Assembly (NCBI RefSeq): GCF_031769215.1
Contig: NW_026781971.1
Coordinates: 434,001 to 498,000 of the forward strand
Source of the DNA: Ylistrum balloti
Taxonomy: Eukaryota
Length of the DNA: 64,000 nucleotides
Direction: 5' to 3'
The translations under genes and the position numbers were made by a program. Below, piece by piece: positions 61,515 to 64,000 of this stretch. The stretch's first letter is position 1. Each line of letters opens with the position of its first letter. A model generated the notes under the pieces. It had not been told where the DNA came from, did not search any database, and worked only from the letters and a program-made list of their open reading frames with translations.

Positions 61515-62999
61515 GTACAATATGACTCCTATGCATATGTACTTCCATCATATACAAACAGTATTAAACACTTGAAATCTTTTGACATTTATTTAGTTCA
61601 ATACACGCACAGAAGTTGTACACCATCCCGTTTTTAAAAAGCCGGGTTTACCGAGTCTAGAGTGTAAATTAAACATAATAGAGAAAACGGTGGATACAGC
61701 GCTTCACTACATACATACAACTACTAGAGACAACAGCTAACAACTCTAACCACACAGGGAACAATTAGTCGACAGGTTGTGTGTTATATACGTCTCTGAT
61801 TTTATAAAGGCAGGTGATATATTTATAAAAAAAAATATCATAATCAAACTCAAACAAACATTTGGTTCCAGTTTGGCATAACTCTTGATCACTAATACAA
61901 TTATAAATGCCTTTTGATTCCTTTTTACGTTTGAAAAAAAAATATTGGAACAGATGGGTGAGATGAAAATACTGTTATTCTGGAAACTCTTGGGTGATTT
62001 TTTTTTCTTAATTTTCTTAGCGTTCGTAGCAAAAATAAACGCACCTAGACACTTACCTTGTTTGAGTTCAGTACTGTATGGAAAACAAAACTTGGACAGT
62101 AATTGTAGACTTTTATTGATTTAATAAATGTTACCAGTTAGATGATATCTATAAAGCAGTGTATGGTGAACTTCTACCTTTTGAATATGTCATTCTCACA
62201 GTAAGAGTTGCCGCCCCTTAACCGGAAATCAATTGTATTAGGCATGTAAACAAAATGCCAACTATGGTTGTTCGGCAAATCGTTGGATTGGAATATGATT
62301 GCCTATTTTCACTGACATCCTAATGTCATACTTTTGTTTTGAGTGACTCTAGATGTTCATCGATAATTGATCGATAATATTGACTTGTTATGCCACTAAA
62401 TGTTAAATACCACTGGAACAATCGATGCTATTTATGTCCGATTGACACCGCCTCACGTGCATGGGTAATTCATAGGTAGTCATGTCCTAAATAGTCTTGA
62501 TTTTGATTGGCACAACAGTTCTATCACTATACAGGCAAAATGGCAAAGCATAAATGGTCACAGTCTGTGTTTGATAAACCGTCGGAACAGAATAGAGATG
62601 GAGGTAATTTATATATTTTTTTTCTCTTTTCCTTTCCCGATTCTTCTGCTAAATGCTACGATTTGCATAGGGACATGTATACTGTTGATCGGTGAAGGTT
62701 ATCACCTCCAATAAATTTTATAATCATTTTGAGATATAATGATGAAGCAGTTTATAAGTATCTTTTGAACGTGGCACATTATAAACATCGGGAATCATTT
62801 TGTTATTCATTTAATAGCCATCATGTCAATGCAGTGAGAACATTTTTAGGCAATTTCATGGCATGTAGATCTCGCATCAAGCTTAAGAAATATTTTTTTC
62901 TCATTTTCATCAAACGTTTGAATTATACACTGTTTTAGTAGCTTTTAAAGTTTAAAAATGCCTTTATATATATATTGTATATACATTTTTATAAAAAAT

Positions 63000-64000
63000 A
63001 AAACAATACAAATATTTAAATGTTTGAAATCTACTTTGTAGCTGATCTTTTTTGTTGTAATTCAATCCTGTTGGTTTCAAATGCTTCAGGAGCTATAGTG
63101 ATGGAAAAACCCAATGTTAAATGGGATGATGTGGCTGGACTTAACCAGGCTAAAGAAACATTAAAAGAGGCGGTCATTTTACCTGATAAATTTCCTCATC
63201 TCTTCGCAGGTAAAAATCTGTGCAGTTTACTAATGTGTTATAAAAGTATATAAAATGTTTCTGCTAAACACTGAAAACATTTTCTAGAAAATAGTTTCAT
63301 GAATAATGAACTGTCTCATAAATTTATTTGCAGGATGTAGTGAAGTAAATTACTTTGTAAATAATAAGTGTCTTTGATGACAAAAGCAATGTTTTTCCTG
63401 CTTTTACAATACACATAGTGTACAAGTTGAGCTTTCAATATTTTGTTTTTTCTCTCTATCCCAATATGGAATTTCAGTAAAAAATCACTTCATCTCCCAT
63501 TGTAGGAACATCTTTGAGCTATGATTTCTGTTTAAGTCAGAATGTTTGATCATATAAAAAACTTTTTTTTTTTTTCATACAGGTAAACGCAAACCTTGGA
63601 AAGGAATTTTATTATTTGGGGTAAGTTGGAATTATGAAACTTGTACAAATAAATATGAAAATGTTACTTTCACCTGTGAGATTCCTAAGAGAGAATTTGA
63701 ACTGATATATCTACCTAATACATTGCTGCGGTGTAATGTTGTAATAAATTTAGACCTAGGAAAGGTGTTTTGACCAATCAATGTGTAAGAAAAGTGACAG
63801 GCATATAATAGTGCTTATGTACTATGTTTTACCAAAGTAATGCTCTTCATATATAACAATCTGAGAAATATAGCCTTAAGAAATTTGGATTAATTTCAAA
63901 ACTATTCCTAAGTCTCAAAAAGAAAGAAAAAAAAATTGAAAACTTTGACTATAAATATGTTGCATATTTTTACTTCCAGCCTCCTGGTACCGGAAAGTCA
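63000..64000 (+). pseudogene. VPS4: Partial diverged VPS4 duplicate (exons 5, 6 and start of 7); runs off the right edge
   Basis: Exon copies at 63090-63209, 63583-63620, 63980-64000 with intact splice sites and alignable introns. Five amino-acid changes in 53 codons (Y>N, S>T, V>D, T>A, R>K). No copies of exons 2-4 seen upstream. Confidence 0.7.

Overview
AT-rich, intron-rich eukaryotic DNA, most likely a bivalve mollusc such as an oyster (inferred from its repeat families), with two N gaps. Genes: two tandem GH20 beta-hexosaminidase paralogs on the minus strand (one runs off the left edge; the other has 13 traceable exons, intact catalytic motifs, a GC-AG intron, a ~55 aa insertion and a C-terminal extension); a 3-exon gene for an 88 aa signal peptide + single TM microprotein (minus); a complete 12-exon VPS4 (442 aa, plus); and a diverged partial VPS4 copy at the right edge that appears to lack the MIT-domain exons. 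The rest is minisatellites and TE relics (mariner, RTE LINE, Helentron/DINE-like, a dispersed element resembling Penelope-like termini). The standout signal is a family of minimal type I hammerhead ribozymes: a tandem array of ten 45-bp units, each exactly one ribozyme (34400-34846), plus five dispersed copies, one intact and in sense orientation inside a hexosaminidase intron. Gene models and alignments were traced by eye; no database searches or folding programs were run.
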